Made by a program: the position numbers and the translations under genes. A DNA stretch of 39,161 nucleotides from NCBI GenBank assembly GCA_016192205.1, contig JACPUP010000068.1, positions 1-39,161 on the forward strand. Reading direction: 5' to 3'. This document shows positions 17,634 to 25,501 of this stretch, one piece after another. The notes beneath the pieces were generated by a model that did no database searches, had not been told where the DNA came from, and saw only the letters and a list, made by a program, of their open reading frames with translations. The DNA is from Candidatus Kerfeldbacteria bacterium (lineage in GTDB: Bacteria; Patescibacteriota; Patescibacteriia; SBBC01; JACPUP01). Numbering within the stretch: position 1 is the stretch's first letter; each line of letters opens with the position of its first letter.

Positions 17634-17724
17634 GCTAGTAGGCTGTAGGCTTGTAGGCCGGTAGGTGAATGGTTTAATACGCATTTTTCGCCCTACTCGC
17701 CTACTATCCTACCTGCCTACTTCC
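17634..17724. repeat. GTAGGC/CCTAC-unit imperfect inverted repeat
   Basis: Left arm GCTAGTAGGCTGTAGGCTTGTAGGCCGGTAGGTG. AT-rich loop TTTAATACGCATTTTT. Right arm CGCCCTACTCGCCTACTATCCTACCTGCCTACTTCC. Confidence 0.4.
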
Positions 17725-17833
17725 TCGACTGGCCTTGATTTGGACTTGGCGCTGCTGGGACTGTGGTGCGTTGCCGTTCATAGGGAGAGGAAGTAAAGGG
17801 TGAGGGTTGAGGGGCTAGGTTCTAGTTCCTTCG

Positions 17834-19729
17834 TCATTTCTTCTCCTTGAACTCGGCATCAACCGAGCCCTTGTCATCGCCATCCTTCTTGCTCTTCTCG
17901 GCGTCTACGCCCGACGCCTTATGCCCTACGCCCTCTTGGTACATCGCACTCCCAATTTTCTGCATGGCCTCTGACAGCGCCTTGGACGCTGCCTCAATCG
18001 CGGCCTGGTCGTCTTTGCCAAGCACGCTCTTCAACGCCGTCACCTTGTCCTCGACCTCGCGCTTGACCTCGGGTTTCACCTTGTCGCCAGCGTCCTTCAA
18101 GGCTTTTTCAGCTGTGTACGCGAGCGTTTCGCCCAAGTTGCGGGCTTCGATGAGCGACTTTTTCTTCTCGTCCTCGGCCTGGTGGAGCTCGGCTTCCTTC
18201 TGCATCTTCTCCACCTCTTCTTTGCTCAAGCCGGACGAGGCGGTGATGCGGATGGACTGCTCCTTGTTCGTGGCCTTGTCTTTGGCCTTCACGTCTAGGA
18301 TGCCGTTGGCGTCAATGTCGAAGCTCACCTCGACCTGCGGCACGCCCCGGGGTGCGGGCGGAATCCCGTCAAGGATAAACCGGCCGAGCGTCTTGTTGTC
18401 GGAGGCCAAAGGCCGCTCGCCCTGGAGCACGTGGATTTCGACTGACGTCTGGTTGTCGGCTGCGGTGGAGAACGTCTGGGATTTGGACGTGGGAATCGTG
18501 GTGTTGCGCTCGATGAGCGGGGTAGACACGCCGCCCAAAGTCTCAAGCCCGAGCGTCAACGGTGTCACGTCAAGCAACAGCACGTCTTTGACGTCGCCTT
18601 GGAGCACGCCCGCTTGGACGGCCGCGCCGACCGCCACGACCTCGTCAGGGTTCACGGACACGTTCGGCTTCTGGCCGAAGAATTTCTCGACCGTCTCAAT
18701 CACTTTCGGCATGCGCGTCATGCCGCCCACGAGCACGACTTCGTTCACGTCCGAGGCCGAGAGTTTGGCATCGTCGAGCGCCTGCTTGACTGGCCCGAGC
18801 GTTTTTTCAATTAAGTCGCCGACCAGCTCCTCAAGCTTGGCGCGCGTCAATTTCATCACCAAATGTTTTGGTCCGCCCTCGCCCGAGGTGATGAACGGCT
18901 GGTTGATTTCGGTCTCGGAAGCCGAGGACAGTTCGATCTTCGCTTTCTCGGCCGCCTCTTTGAGTCGCTGCAAGGCCAGCTGGTCTTTGGCCAGGTCAAT
19001 CCCCTCTTGCTTTTTGAACTCGGCCAATATCCAGTGGATGAGCACCTGGTCAAAATCGTCGCCGCCCAAGTGCGTGTCGCCATTGGTGGATTTGACCTCG
19101 ACCGTGTCGGCCGACACCTCGAGGATGGAGATGTCGAACGTGCCGCCGCCCAAGTCATAGACGGCAATCTTCTCGTCCTTCTTCTGGTTGAAGCCGTAGG
19201 CCAGCGCCGCGGCCGTTGGCTCGTTGATGATGCGTTTGACGTCGAACCCGGCGATCTTCCCCGCGTCCTTCGTGGCTTGGCGCTGCGAGTCGTCGAAGTA
19301 CGCCGGCACGGTAATGACCGCTTCGGTGATTTTCTCGCCGAGCTTGGCCTCGGCGTCGGCCTTCAATTTGGCCAAAATCATCGCCGACACCTCCTGCGGA
19401 GTGTACTCATTGTCGCCCATTTTCACTTTCACGCCTTCGCCCGCGTGGACAATTTCGTAGGGCAGGGTTTTGACGTCGCGCTGGACTTCGGCGTCGTCCC
19501 AGCGCCGGCCAATGAGCCGTTTGACGGAGAAAATGGTGTTTTTCGGGTTGGTGACGGCCTGGCGCTTGGCCAACAGCCCGACCAGCCGTTCGCCGCTTTT
19601 CGAGATGGCGACGATGGACGGGGTGGTGCGGTTGCCTTCTGCGTTTTCCAGCACTTTGGGCTCGCCGCCTTCAATGACAGCCATGGCCGAGTTGGTGGTG
19701 CCGAGGTCAATGCCGAGGATCTTGCTCAT
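17834..19729 (-). CDS. dnaK: molecular chaperone DnaK (Hsp70)
   Basis: 631 aa. [17 protein letters not shown] and [10 protein letters not shown] motifs, plus an acidic/Lys-rich C-terminus. Confidence 0.97.
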   Translation of the reverse strand: MSKILGIDLGTTNSAMAVIEGGEPKVLENAEGNRTTPSIVAISKSGERLVGLLAKRQAVTNPKNTIFSVKRLIGRRWDDAEVQRDVKTLPYEIVHAGEGVKVKMGDNEYTPQEVSAMILAKLKADAEAKLGEKITEAVITVPAYFDDSQRQATKDAGKIAGFDVKRIINEPTAAALAYGFNQKKDEKIAVYDLGGGTFDISILEVSADTVEVKSTNGDTHLGGDDFDQVLIHWILAEFKKQEGIDLAKDQLALQRLKEAAEKAKIELSSASETEINQPFITSGEGGPKHLVMKLTRAKLEELVGDLIEKTLGPVKQALDDAKLSASDVNEVVLVGGMTRMPKVIETVEKFFGQKPNVSVNPDEVVAVGAAVQAGVLQGDVKDVLLLDVTPLTLGLETLGGVSTPLIERNTTIPTSKSQTFSTAADNQTSVEIHVLQGERPLASDNKTLGRFILDGIPPAPRGVPQVEVSFDIDANGILDVKAKDKATNKEQSIRITASSGLSKEEVEKMQKEAELHQAEDEKKKSLIEARNLGETLAYTAEKALKDAGDKVKPEVKREVEDKVTALKSVLGKDDQAAIEAASKALSEAMQKIGSAMYQEGVGHKASGVDAEKSKKDGDDKGSVDAEFKEKK

Positions 19730-19758
19730 AACGTTCGGGTGATTCCTTCCTAAGCGAG

Positions 19759-20145
19759 CTAGGTGCTAATGAGGTCGAGGGCGTACGCGTCTTCGCGGTC
19801 GAGCGCGGTGTGGAGGTCAAGGACGTCATCGCCGGTGACGGTCCGCCGCGAGTCCTCGTCGAGCACCTCGTCGCTGCCCAGGTCCGTGAGGAGGCCGGTG
19901 GCCGACAAGCCCAGGGGCGAAATGGTGAGGATGGACAGGATGGCCCCGCCGCAGTGGTGGCAATCGATGTACGTCAGGATTTCCTGCTCCCGCTCGCCCA
20001 GGATTTTCAGCCGGCGGAAGTCGTAGTTGTGGCTGCAAATGGGGCAGCGGCCGTCCAGCCGGATGCTCGGCCGCCGGCCATTGCCGTTGCCGCCGCTAAA
20101 GCCTCCGAAGCGATTGTTGAAGTTGTTGTTGAAGCTCTTGGCCAT
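19759..20145 (-). CDS. small zinc-ribbon-like protein inside the chaperone operon
   Basis: Start taken at the ATG (MAKSFNNNF...); the track start at 20175 is GTG. Asn/Gly-rich N-terminus, then CPIC ... CHHC, a four-Cys/His arrangement. No recognised family. Confidence 0.5.
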   Translation of the reverse strand: MAKSFNNNFNNRFGGFSGGNGNGRRPSIRLDGRCPICSHNYDFRRLKILGEREQEILTYIDCHHCGGAILSILTISPLGLSATGLLTDLGSDEVLDEDSRRTVTGDDVLDLHTALDREDAYALDLIST

Positions 20146-20201
20146 TGGTGATGGGGAGTTCGTAGTCCGGAGCACGTCGTGCGTAGCCGGTCGTTACCAT
20201 C

Positions 20202-20615
20202 TTACGACTTTTTCACCGTTACCGCGATCTTCTTCGGCTTGGCCTCCTCGGCCTTGGGGACGGTAATCTTCAACACGCCTTTGTCAAACGTGGCCTCGGC
20301 CGCGTCGCCCTTGACGGCCTTGGGCAAGGCCACGGACCGGTAGAACGAGCCGCTGCGCACTTCCCTGCGGTAGTAGTGCTTGTCGTCAACCTCGGACGTA
20401 CGCTCGGTCGAGCCGGAGAACGTCAGGACATTATCCTCAATCTCGATGGTGACCTTGTTCGGGTCAACGCCGGCGAGCGGAGTCTCGACAATGACGTGGT
20501 GCTCGTCCTCGTAGACATCAAGCGCCGGGGCGAAATCGCGGTCGCCAGAAAACATCGGGGGTCCGAACTCGTCATCAAACCAGGGTCGCATCGGATGCCA
20601 TTTGATCATTCGCAT
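20202..20615 (-). CDS. hsp20: Hsp20/alpha-crystallin family small heat shock protein
   Basis: 137 aa. Alpha-crystallin domain PALDVYEDEHHVIVETPLAGVDPNKVTIEIEDNVLTFSG ... GVLKITVPK. RBS GGAGA. Confidence 0.9.
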   Translation of the reverse strand: MRMIKWHPMRPWFDDEFGPPMFSGDRDFAPALDVYEDEHHVIVETPLAGVDPNKVTIEIEDNVLTFSGSTERTSEVDDKHYYRREVRSGSFYRSVALPKAVKGDAAEATFDKGVLKITVPKAEEAKPKKIAVTVKKS

Positions 20616-20632
20616 ACTTCGTCTCCGTATCG

Positions 20633-21160
20633 TTAGTGGTGATCTGACGGTTGTTCGTTGCTGCTGACTTTCACCTTCGCGGGGACTATCACGGTGCCGT
20701 GCAGCGTGAAGCCAGTGGCGACTTCTTCGAGCACCTGATTGTCTGGCGCGCCGTCGCGGTGCTCGCGGGCAACGGCGTCGTGGAGGGTCGGGTCAAAGGG
20801 CTGGCCCACAGTCGGAATTTCCTCAATGCCCAGCCGCTGGAGAAACCTTTGGAGCTCGGTGGAGATGTGCCGGACGCCCGTCATCCACTGGTGGCCAGCA
20901 AGGTGCAGGGGGACCTGCTGGGTGGCACGCTTCAGGTGCTCGTAGATGGGGAGCAGTTCAACGAGCAGGGCGGCGTTGGCGAACTTGCCGATCTCCTCTC
21001 TGTCCTTCTCCAGTTGCTTTTTCAAGTTGCTGTAGTCGGCCTTGGCCCGCTGCCAGCCTTTCAAATACTCGTCGGCTTTCTGTCGCAGCTGGACGAGCTC
21101 CTCCGGCGCCCCCTGATTCCCAACTCGCGATTCGTTATTCCTCTTCTCTTCCATGTTCAT
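20633..21160 (-). CDS. grpE: nucleotide exchange factor GrpE
   Basis: Start at ATG 21160 (MNMEEK...), overlapping the hrcA stop as ATGA. Coiled-coil YLKGWQRAKADYSNLKKQ and a C-terminal beta domain FDPTLHDAV. The track ORF extension to 21295 overlaps hrcA and is not credible. Confidence 0.9.
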   Translation of the reverse strand: MNMEEKRNNESRVGNQGAPEELVQLRQKADEYLKGWQRAKADYSNLKKQLEKDREEIGKFANAALLVELLPIYEHLKRATQQVPLHLAGHQWMTGVRHISTELQRFLQRLGIEEIPTVGQPFDPTLHDAVAREHRDGAPDNQVLEEVATGFTLHGTVIVPAKVKVSSNEQPSDHH

Positions 21161-21879
21161 ACAGTTTTCAGCAGCTGCGTTGCATAGCGCAACAGCGGCA
21201 GATGGTTCGCGTAATCTTGGCGCACGGGGCCGAGCACGGCCATCATCCCAGGTTCGTGGCGCGGCAGCACGTACTGGGTGACGAGGAGACTGCACGAGTC
21301 GCCTAAGGGATTGTCACGGCCCAAGAGCACGTCAATGCGGTCGCGGGCGGTGTCGTACAAATCACCAACGAGCTCATCGAGACGGTCGACGAGTGCCGAA
21401 ATCGCCACCACGCTCCGCACCTCGCTGAACTCCGGCTGACTGAAAAGGTGCGACAGGCCCGTGTAGTAGACGTCCTGGCGGGACAGGCCGACGATGACAG
21501 CCTCGTCGAACACCTCGGCCAGCTGCTTGGCGAACACACGAACCAAGCGGTCGGGATCGCGGCGACTAGCGTCAAGCGCGGTCTGGAGCTGCTCGACGGC
21601 CGGGTGTACGGGCTCAGCCGTATCTTCAAGGTTGGTCAGGAGTTCATCAACGTACAAACGCCAGGCCGCTTGGCTGGGGATGCGGCCGGCTGACGTGTAG
21701 GGCTGCTCCAGGTAGCCGGCCTGCTCGAGCTCCAGCAGCTCGTTGCGGATGGTGGCCGGTGAAACGTCCAAACCGCGCTTCCCTACCAGGGCCTGTGAGG
21801 CCACGGGCGTGGCGGTGAGGACATACTCCCGTATGAGCGAGGTGAGCAGGGTGTGTTGGCGCTCGTTGAGGCTTTCCAT
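21157..21879 (-). CDS. hrcA: heat-inducible transcription repressor HrcA (short, 240 aa)
   Basis: N-terminal winged-helix LNERQHTLLTSLIREYVLTATPVASQAL...VSPATIRNELLELEQAGYLEQPYTSAGRIP. Directly preceded by a CIRCE-type operator. Confidence 0.9.
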   Translation of the reverse strand: MESLNERQHTLLTSLIREYVLTATPVASQALVGKRGLDVSPATIRNELLELEQAGYLEQPYTSAGRIPSQAAWRLYVDELLTNLEDTAEPVHPAVEQLQTALDASRRDPDRLVRVFAKQLAEVFDEAVIVGLSRQDVYYTGLSHLFSQPEFSEVRSVVAISALVDRLDELVGDLYDTARDRIDVLLGRDNPLGDSCSLLVTQYVLPRHEPGMMAVLGPVRQDYANHLPLLRYATQLLKTV

Positions 21880-21880
21880 G

Positions 21881-21913
21881 GCATTAGCAGTCTAGCATGG
21901 AGACTGCTAATGC
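21881..21913. promoter_or_regulatory. CIRCE-type operator (variant TTAGCAGTC-N9-GACTGCTAA)
   Basis: Perfect 13-nt arms GCATTAGCAGTCT (21881-21893) and AGACTGCTAATGC (21901-21913). Matches the CIRCE consensus TTAGCACTC-N9-GAGTGCTAA except for one symmetric position per half-site. Confidence 0.8.
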
Positions 21914-21914
21914 C

Positions 21915-21943
21915 ACAATACCCTAGCGGATTTTGGGGGTCAA
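21915..21943 (-). promoter_or_regulatory. sigma70-like promoter of the hrcA operon (TTGACC-17 nt-TATTGT)
   Basis: Minus strand: -35 TTGACC (21943-21938), 17-nt spacer, -10 TATTGT (21920-21915). The predicted transcription start falls inside the CIRCE element. Confidence 0.6.
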
Positions 21944-21956
21944 CCCCTGTTTGGTG

Positions 21957-21981
21957 ACTGCTGCGCAGGCAGTGGTTTTTT
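21957..21981 (+). terminator. orphan terminator-like hairpin plus T6 on the plus strand
   Basis: ACTGC(TGCGCAG)GCAGT followed by GG TTTTTT (T-run 21976-21981). No plus-strand gene lies upstream. An equivalent hairpin with T6 precedes the sister element at 36518-36560. Confidence 0.35.
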
Positions 21982-21983
21982 GG

Positions 21984-22145
21984 CAACCCCGCTCTACGGC
22001 GGGGTAGGCCCGTACCCTAACCCTTCAGTCCACGGATGAGCGCCCTACCGGCAGGCTGCGGGATTCGCTTTCAGCTCATCCCTCCGCCGGGTGGCAGCGC
22101 TTGTTGGTGTTTGTTGTTTTTTCCCGTGCGCAGCCGGAGGCGGTG
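21984..22145. repeat. structured GC-rich intergenic element, copy B (inverted relative to copy A at 36290-36515)
   Basis: Shares with copy A the blocks CCCCGC(T/C)CTACGGCGGGGTAGGCC(C)GTACCC, GGGATTCGCTT, a T-rich run, and GCAGC(C)GGAGG. Internal stems: ACCCCGC/GCGGGGT (21986-22005) and GGATGAGC/GCTCATCC (22034-22041 with 22074-22081). Confidence 0.45.
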
Positions 22146-22153
22146 CCTCAGTT

Positions 22154-22190
22154 TACTCACCCTACTCCCTACTCTCTACTCCCTACTCAC
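22154..22190. repeat. degenerate tandem heptamer CCTACTC (about 5 units)
   Basis: TACTCAC CCTACTC CCTACTC TCTACTC CCTACTC. Spans the last codons and stop of the glycosyltransferase gene. Confidence 0.5.
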
Positions 22191-23303
22191 CACCCGCTCA
22201 AAGACCGCCTCTAGCTTGTCGACGACGCGTTCCCACGCGTACAGCTGGGCGGTCTCCAGGCCGCGGCTCGCAATGCGCTGGCGGAGGGCCGGATCTTCGT
22301 AGAGCCGGACAATGGCGTCGGCAAGAGCGAGCGAATCGCGCGGCGGCACGAGGAGCGCGTCCCGTTCGTGCTCGACGACCGTCTTGTAGCCCGGAATATC
22401 CGAGGCGACGAGCGCTTTGCCGGACGCCAACGCCTCGACCAGGACGATACCAAAGCTCTCGCCCCCGGTGGCTGGTGCCACCACGACGTCGGCTGTGGCA
22501 CAGTAGCGCGGCAAGTCTTCGGCCGAGACGTACCCGACAAAATCCACGCGTGGCCGGAACACGTCCGGGAGGTAACGCTGGTAGTAGGGGTGGAGAATGC
22601 CGCCGCCGACCACGATGAGCCTCGCCGTCGGAACCCGACGGTACACCTCGGGAAACGCGCGCAACAGGTACTTAATCCCCTTGCGCGGGTCCATCCGGCC
22701 GACAAACACCACGTTGAATGCGTCGCGGCTGTACCGTTCCATGGGCTTTCCCTGCGGGGAAAACCGGTGGACGTCCACGCCGTTCGGGACGATGTCGTAC
22801 GCGCCAGGAAAGTACGAGTTGATGAACGACAGCGCTGCCGTCGAGACCACGGTGCGTGCTTTGAGCCGCGCGAAATACTGTTCGAAACGGCGGTGGAACC
22901 GATCATACCAAAACACACGCTGTTTGCCTTCGACATAGGTATGGAACGTGCCGACGAGCGGTGCGCGAAGCGTCCTCGCAGCAATCATGGGCAGGACGGG
23001 CTCCAGCGGCGAGTGGATTTGAACGACCTCGAACCGTGCTTCACGTTCGACGGCGCGCAGGTGATTGGCAAGCTGCCACCCAATCGTTATATTGACGAAC
23101 GCGCCGTTGCGGCCGGGCAAGGCAATGTTCTTGCCAATGCGCCGTACGTCCAAACCGCGGTTGTTGTCGAACGGGGTATACCGCGACGTTATGACCGTAA
23201 CGTCGTGCCCGCGCCGCTGCAGCTCCAACGCCGAATTGAGCGCGTTCTCGGACACGCCCCCTCGCGCAGGATAAAAATCCTGTGAGACGATGCCAATCCT
23301 CAT
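22176..23303 (-). CDS. glycosyltransferase family 4 (GT-B fold)
   Basis: 375 aa. N-terminal MRIGIVSQDFYP.RGGV and C-terminal GESFGIVLVEALASGKALVASD, typical of GT4 enzymes. Confidence 0.88.
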   Translation of the reverse strand: MRIGIVSQDFYPARGGVSENALNSALELQRRGHDVTVITSRYTPFDNNRGLDVRRIGKNIALPGRNGAFVNITIGWQLANHLRAVEREARFEVVQIHSPLEPVLPMIAARTLRAPLVGTFHTYVEGKQRVFWYDRFHRRFEQYFARLKARTVVSTAALSFINSYFPGAYDIVPNGVDVHRFSPQGKPMERYSRDAFNVVFVGRMDPRKGIKYLLRAFPEVYRRVPTARLIVVGGGILHPYYQRYLPDVFRPRVDFVGYVSAEDLPRYCATADVVVAPATGGESFGIVLVEALASGKALVASDIPGYKTVVEHERDALLVPPRDSLALADAIVRLYEDPALRQRIASRGLETAQLYAWERVVDKLEAVFERVVSRE

Positions 23304-23333
23304 ACGCGCACCACTGGCCAGATCCGGAAACCT

Positions 23334-23876
23334 TCAAAAACCGAGGTCTAACGTCGCTTCCTGGTCTGATGACGAAAACACCAACCGGAAATTGTGCTCA
23401 TCATTGCCAACCGTAAACCACAAATAGCCGGAATCGGTGTTCGCGCCGGCGCCGATAATTTTCACTTCCCGGAGCGTCGCTCCCGCGCCAGTCGACGACA
23501 CCAGCTTCACGTCATGACTCACCCACTCGCTCGGGTCAGGCTCGCTCTCGCTCAAGGGCGCGACGAACAGCACCACGTACTTCTGACCCTCGTCGGCCGT
23601 TTGCTGGTGGAACGTATCGAGCTCGCCGGCGGTCGTCAGCTGGAAATCCACGCCGCGGTAACTGACGCGCTTGTCAAGGGCAATCCCTCCCTTTTCTTCT
23701 TGGGTGATGATGCGGCGGACGAGCTCCGTACTCGTATTCTCATTCGGTGCGGCCGTCTCGACGGTCCCGTCGGACGTGGCCCTGTTCTCCTTCGACCCAA
23801 CAATCATATAGGTGACCGCGGCCGCAACGACCAAGAGAACGAGGAGCATGATGGCGAGAATAAGTGCTCGGTTCAT
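23334..23876 (-). CDS. N-terminally anchored extracytoplasmic protein (possibly DUF4352-like)
   Basis: RBS GGAGG. TM anchor LILAIMLLVLLVVAAAVTYMIV followed by a beta-rich domain of about 130 aa. The family assignment is tentative. Confidence 0.65.
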   Translation of the reverse strand: MNRALILAIMLLVLLVVAAAVTYMIVGSKENRATSDGTVETAAPNENTSTELVRRIITQEEKGGIALDKRVSYRGVDFQLTTAGELDTFHQQTADEGQKYVVLFVAPLSESEPDPSEWVSHDVKLVSSTGAGATLREVKIIGAGANTDSGYLWFTVGNDEHNFRLVFSSSDQEATLDLGF

Positions 23877-23962
23877 AGGATGTTTTCCTCCAACCTTCTT
23901 CGAGTATAGGGTACACCAAACCGCCCTGAACGTACACGTTCGGGCCAGCCAGGACGCATCCC

Positions 23963-24115
23963 CTAGTCAACGTCGATGAAGCCTACGCCAAACATGACCA
24001 TGAGCGTGAGGCTGGCAACGGCGAGTGACCCGAACACGGTCGCGAAGAACATCTTCCTCCGGCCGTAGCATCGAACGGTCACCCACGTGAAGGCAACGAT
24101 GAACAAGGGAAGCAT
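23963..24115 (-). CDS. candidate 50-aa two-helix membrane peptide
   Basis: Not on the track because it is under 60 aa. GGAGAGC precedes the ATG at 24115. Sequence MLPLFIVAFTWVTVRCYGRRKMFFATVFGSLAVASLTLMVMFGVGFIDVD, TAG stop at 23963-23965. Starts 20 nt after the tRNA-Glu 3' end. Confidence 0.4.
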   Translation of the reverse strand: MLPLFIVAFTWVTVRCYGRRKMFFATVFGSLAVASLTLMVMFGVGFIDVD

Positions 24116-24135
24116 GCTCTCCGGTCAATGATGCA

Positions 24136-24210
24136 TAGCCCCATCGGGATTTGAACCCGAGTTTTCTGGATGAGAACCAGATGTCCTAGACCGGTCTAGA
24201 CGATAGGGCC
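24136..24210 (-). tRNA. tRNA-Glu (anticodon CUC)
   Basis: 75-nt cloverleaf folded by hand. Acceptor GGCCCTA/TGGGGCT, anticodon stem TCTGG/CCAGA with loop TTCTCAT, T-arm TCGGG-TTCAAAT-CCCGA. The TCGTCTAG...GGACA D-region resembles bacterial tRNA-Glu. CCA is not encoded. Confidence 0.85.
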
Positions 24211-24281
24211 TCGCTCCTCCGGGCGGGCGTGGCGCACGCCGGGAATACGACTCTAGCAGAGTCGAGGGTGAGCGACAAGCC

Positions 24282-24464
24282 CTACTCGTGCGCGTGCGCA
24301 GTCGCGATCGCAGCCAGCATACCGAAGATGCCGAGCTGCAGGTAGAAGTCCGAGGTCAGGTAGATATTCGTGCCGTAGACCTCGGTGACGACCGCAAAGA
24401 GCGCCAGCACGAGCCCGAACCAGAAGAACGCCTTGCCGAGGACCTTGTTGGAAAGTGACATCAT
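24282..24464 (-). CDS. small two-helix membrane protein (60 aa), translationally coupled to gap
   Basis: ATG at 24464 overlaps the gap TGA as ATGA, and a GGGGGTGAGG purine tract lies upstream. Sequence MMSLSNKVLGKAFFWFGLVLALFAVV...LGIFGMLAAIATAHAHE. Confidence 0.5.
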   Translation of the reverse strand: MMSLSNKVLGKAFFWFGLVLALFAVVTEVYGTNIYLTSDFYLQLGIFGMLAAIATAHAHE

Positions 24465-25501
24465 GTTCGCCTCACCCCCTTTCGCGTGGTTGATACCGAC
24501 GCAGCACCAATCGAAGCCGCCAGTTCCACCAGGCGGTTGGCGTAGCCCCACTCGTTGTCGTACCAGGCCAAGACGCGGACGAGCGTGCCGTTGACCTGGG
24601 TGGAGAGACCATCAATGATGGCCGAGTGTGGGTTATGGACAATGTCGCTCGACACGAGCGGCAGGTCCGAGTACTCGAGGATGCCCTGGAGCGCTCCGCG
24701 AGCGGCGGCCGCCTGGAACGTGCGGTTGACCTCGTTGGCATCGCGCGGGGCCTTGCGCACGACCGCCACGAAATCCGTGATCGAACCGCAGGGTGTGGGC
24801 ACGCGCAAAGCCAGCCCCTCGAGTTTCCCTTTCAGGTGCGGGATGGTTTTGGTCGTGGCCTGCGTCGCGCCGGTCGTGGTCGGGATAATGTTGAGGGCGG
24901 CGGCCCGGGCCCGGCGCAAATCTTTGTGTTCCAAATCCAAAATGCGCTGGTCATTCGTGTACGAGTGCACGGTCGTCATCATTCCGCGCACGACGCTGTA
25001 GTGCTGGTCAAGCACTGCCACGACAGGCGAAAGTGAGTTCGTCGTACAGCTGGCATTCGACACGACGACATCCGACGGCTGGCACGCCTCCTCATTGACG
25101 CCGCGCACGACGGTGACGTCAGCGTCGTCAGACGGCGCCGAAATGATAACCCGCTTGGCCCCGGCTTTGACGTGGGCCAGGGCATCGGCCTTCTTCGTAA
25201 ACCGGCCGGTGCACTCCAGCACCACATCAATGCGCAACCGCTTCCACGGCAACTTGGCTGGGTCTTTCTCTGACAGCACCCTGACCGTTCGGCGCCCCAC
25301 CCGGATTGCCCCTGTGAGTGCCCGGACGGGTTCTGACAGCTCGCCGTGGACCGAATCATGCTTGAGCAGGTGGGCGCTTGTTGCCGCGTCGCCCAAGTCA
25401 TTGAGCGCGGCAAAAGTGAGGTTCGGCAACGACAACCCCGCCCGCAGCGCCAGGCGCCCGATGCGACCGAACCCGTTAATGGCGATGCGAATTGGTTTCA
25501 T
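24461..25501 (-). CDS. gap: type I glyceraldehyde-3-phosphate dehydrogenase
   Basis: INGFGRIGR NAD-binding motif, catalytic SNASCTTN, TTVHSYTNDQ, and WYDNEWGY near the C-terminus. Confidence 0.95.
   Translation of the reverse strand: MKPIRIAINGFGRIGRLALRAGLSLPNLTFAALNDLGDAATSAHLLKHDSVHGELSEPVRALTGAIRVGRRTVRVLSEKDPAKLPWKRLRIDVVLECTGRFTKKADALAHVKAGAKRVIISAPSDDADVTVVRGVNEEACQPSDVVVSNASCTTNSLSPVVAVLDQHYSVVRGMMTTVHSYTNDQRILDLEHKDLRRARAAALNIIPTTTGATQATTKTIPHLKGKLEGLALRVPTPCGSITDFVAVVRKAPRDANEVNRTFQAAAARGALQGILEYSDLPLVSSDIVHNPHSAIIDGLSTQVNGTLVRVLAWYDNEWGYANRLVELAASIGAASVSTTRKGVRRT

Noticed and set aside
21161-21295. N-terminal extensions of track ORFs: grpE to 21295, tpiA to 27147, the small exporter to 27769, aspS to 31369, asnS to 32688, the lipoprotein from 6208, and the membrane protein to 14694
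   Set aside because: The extensions overlap the upstream gene or promoter and repeat elements. Internal ATGs give canonical family N-termini and ATGA or 1-nt junctions with the preceding stop.
22036-22618. ORFs 22036-22302 and 22091-22618 (+) crossing intergenic element B
   Set aside because: Arg/Pro/Cys-rich with no RBS, and they run antisense into the glycosyltransferase gene. The region is better explained as a structured non-coding element.
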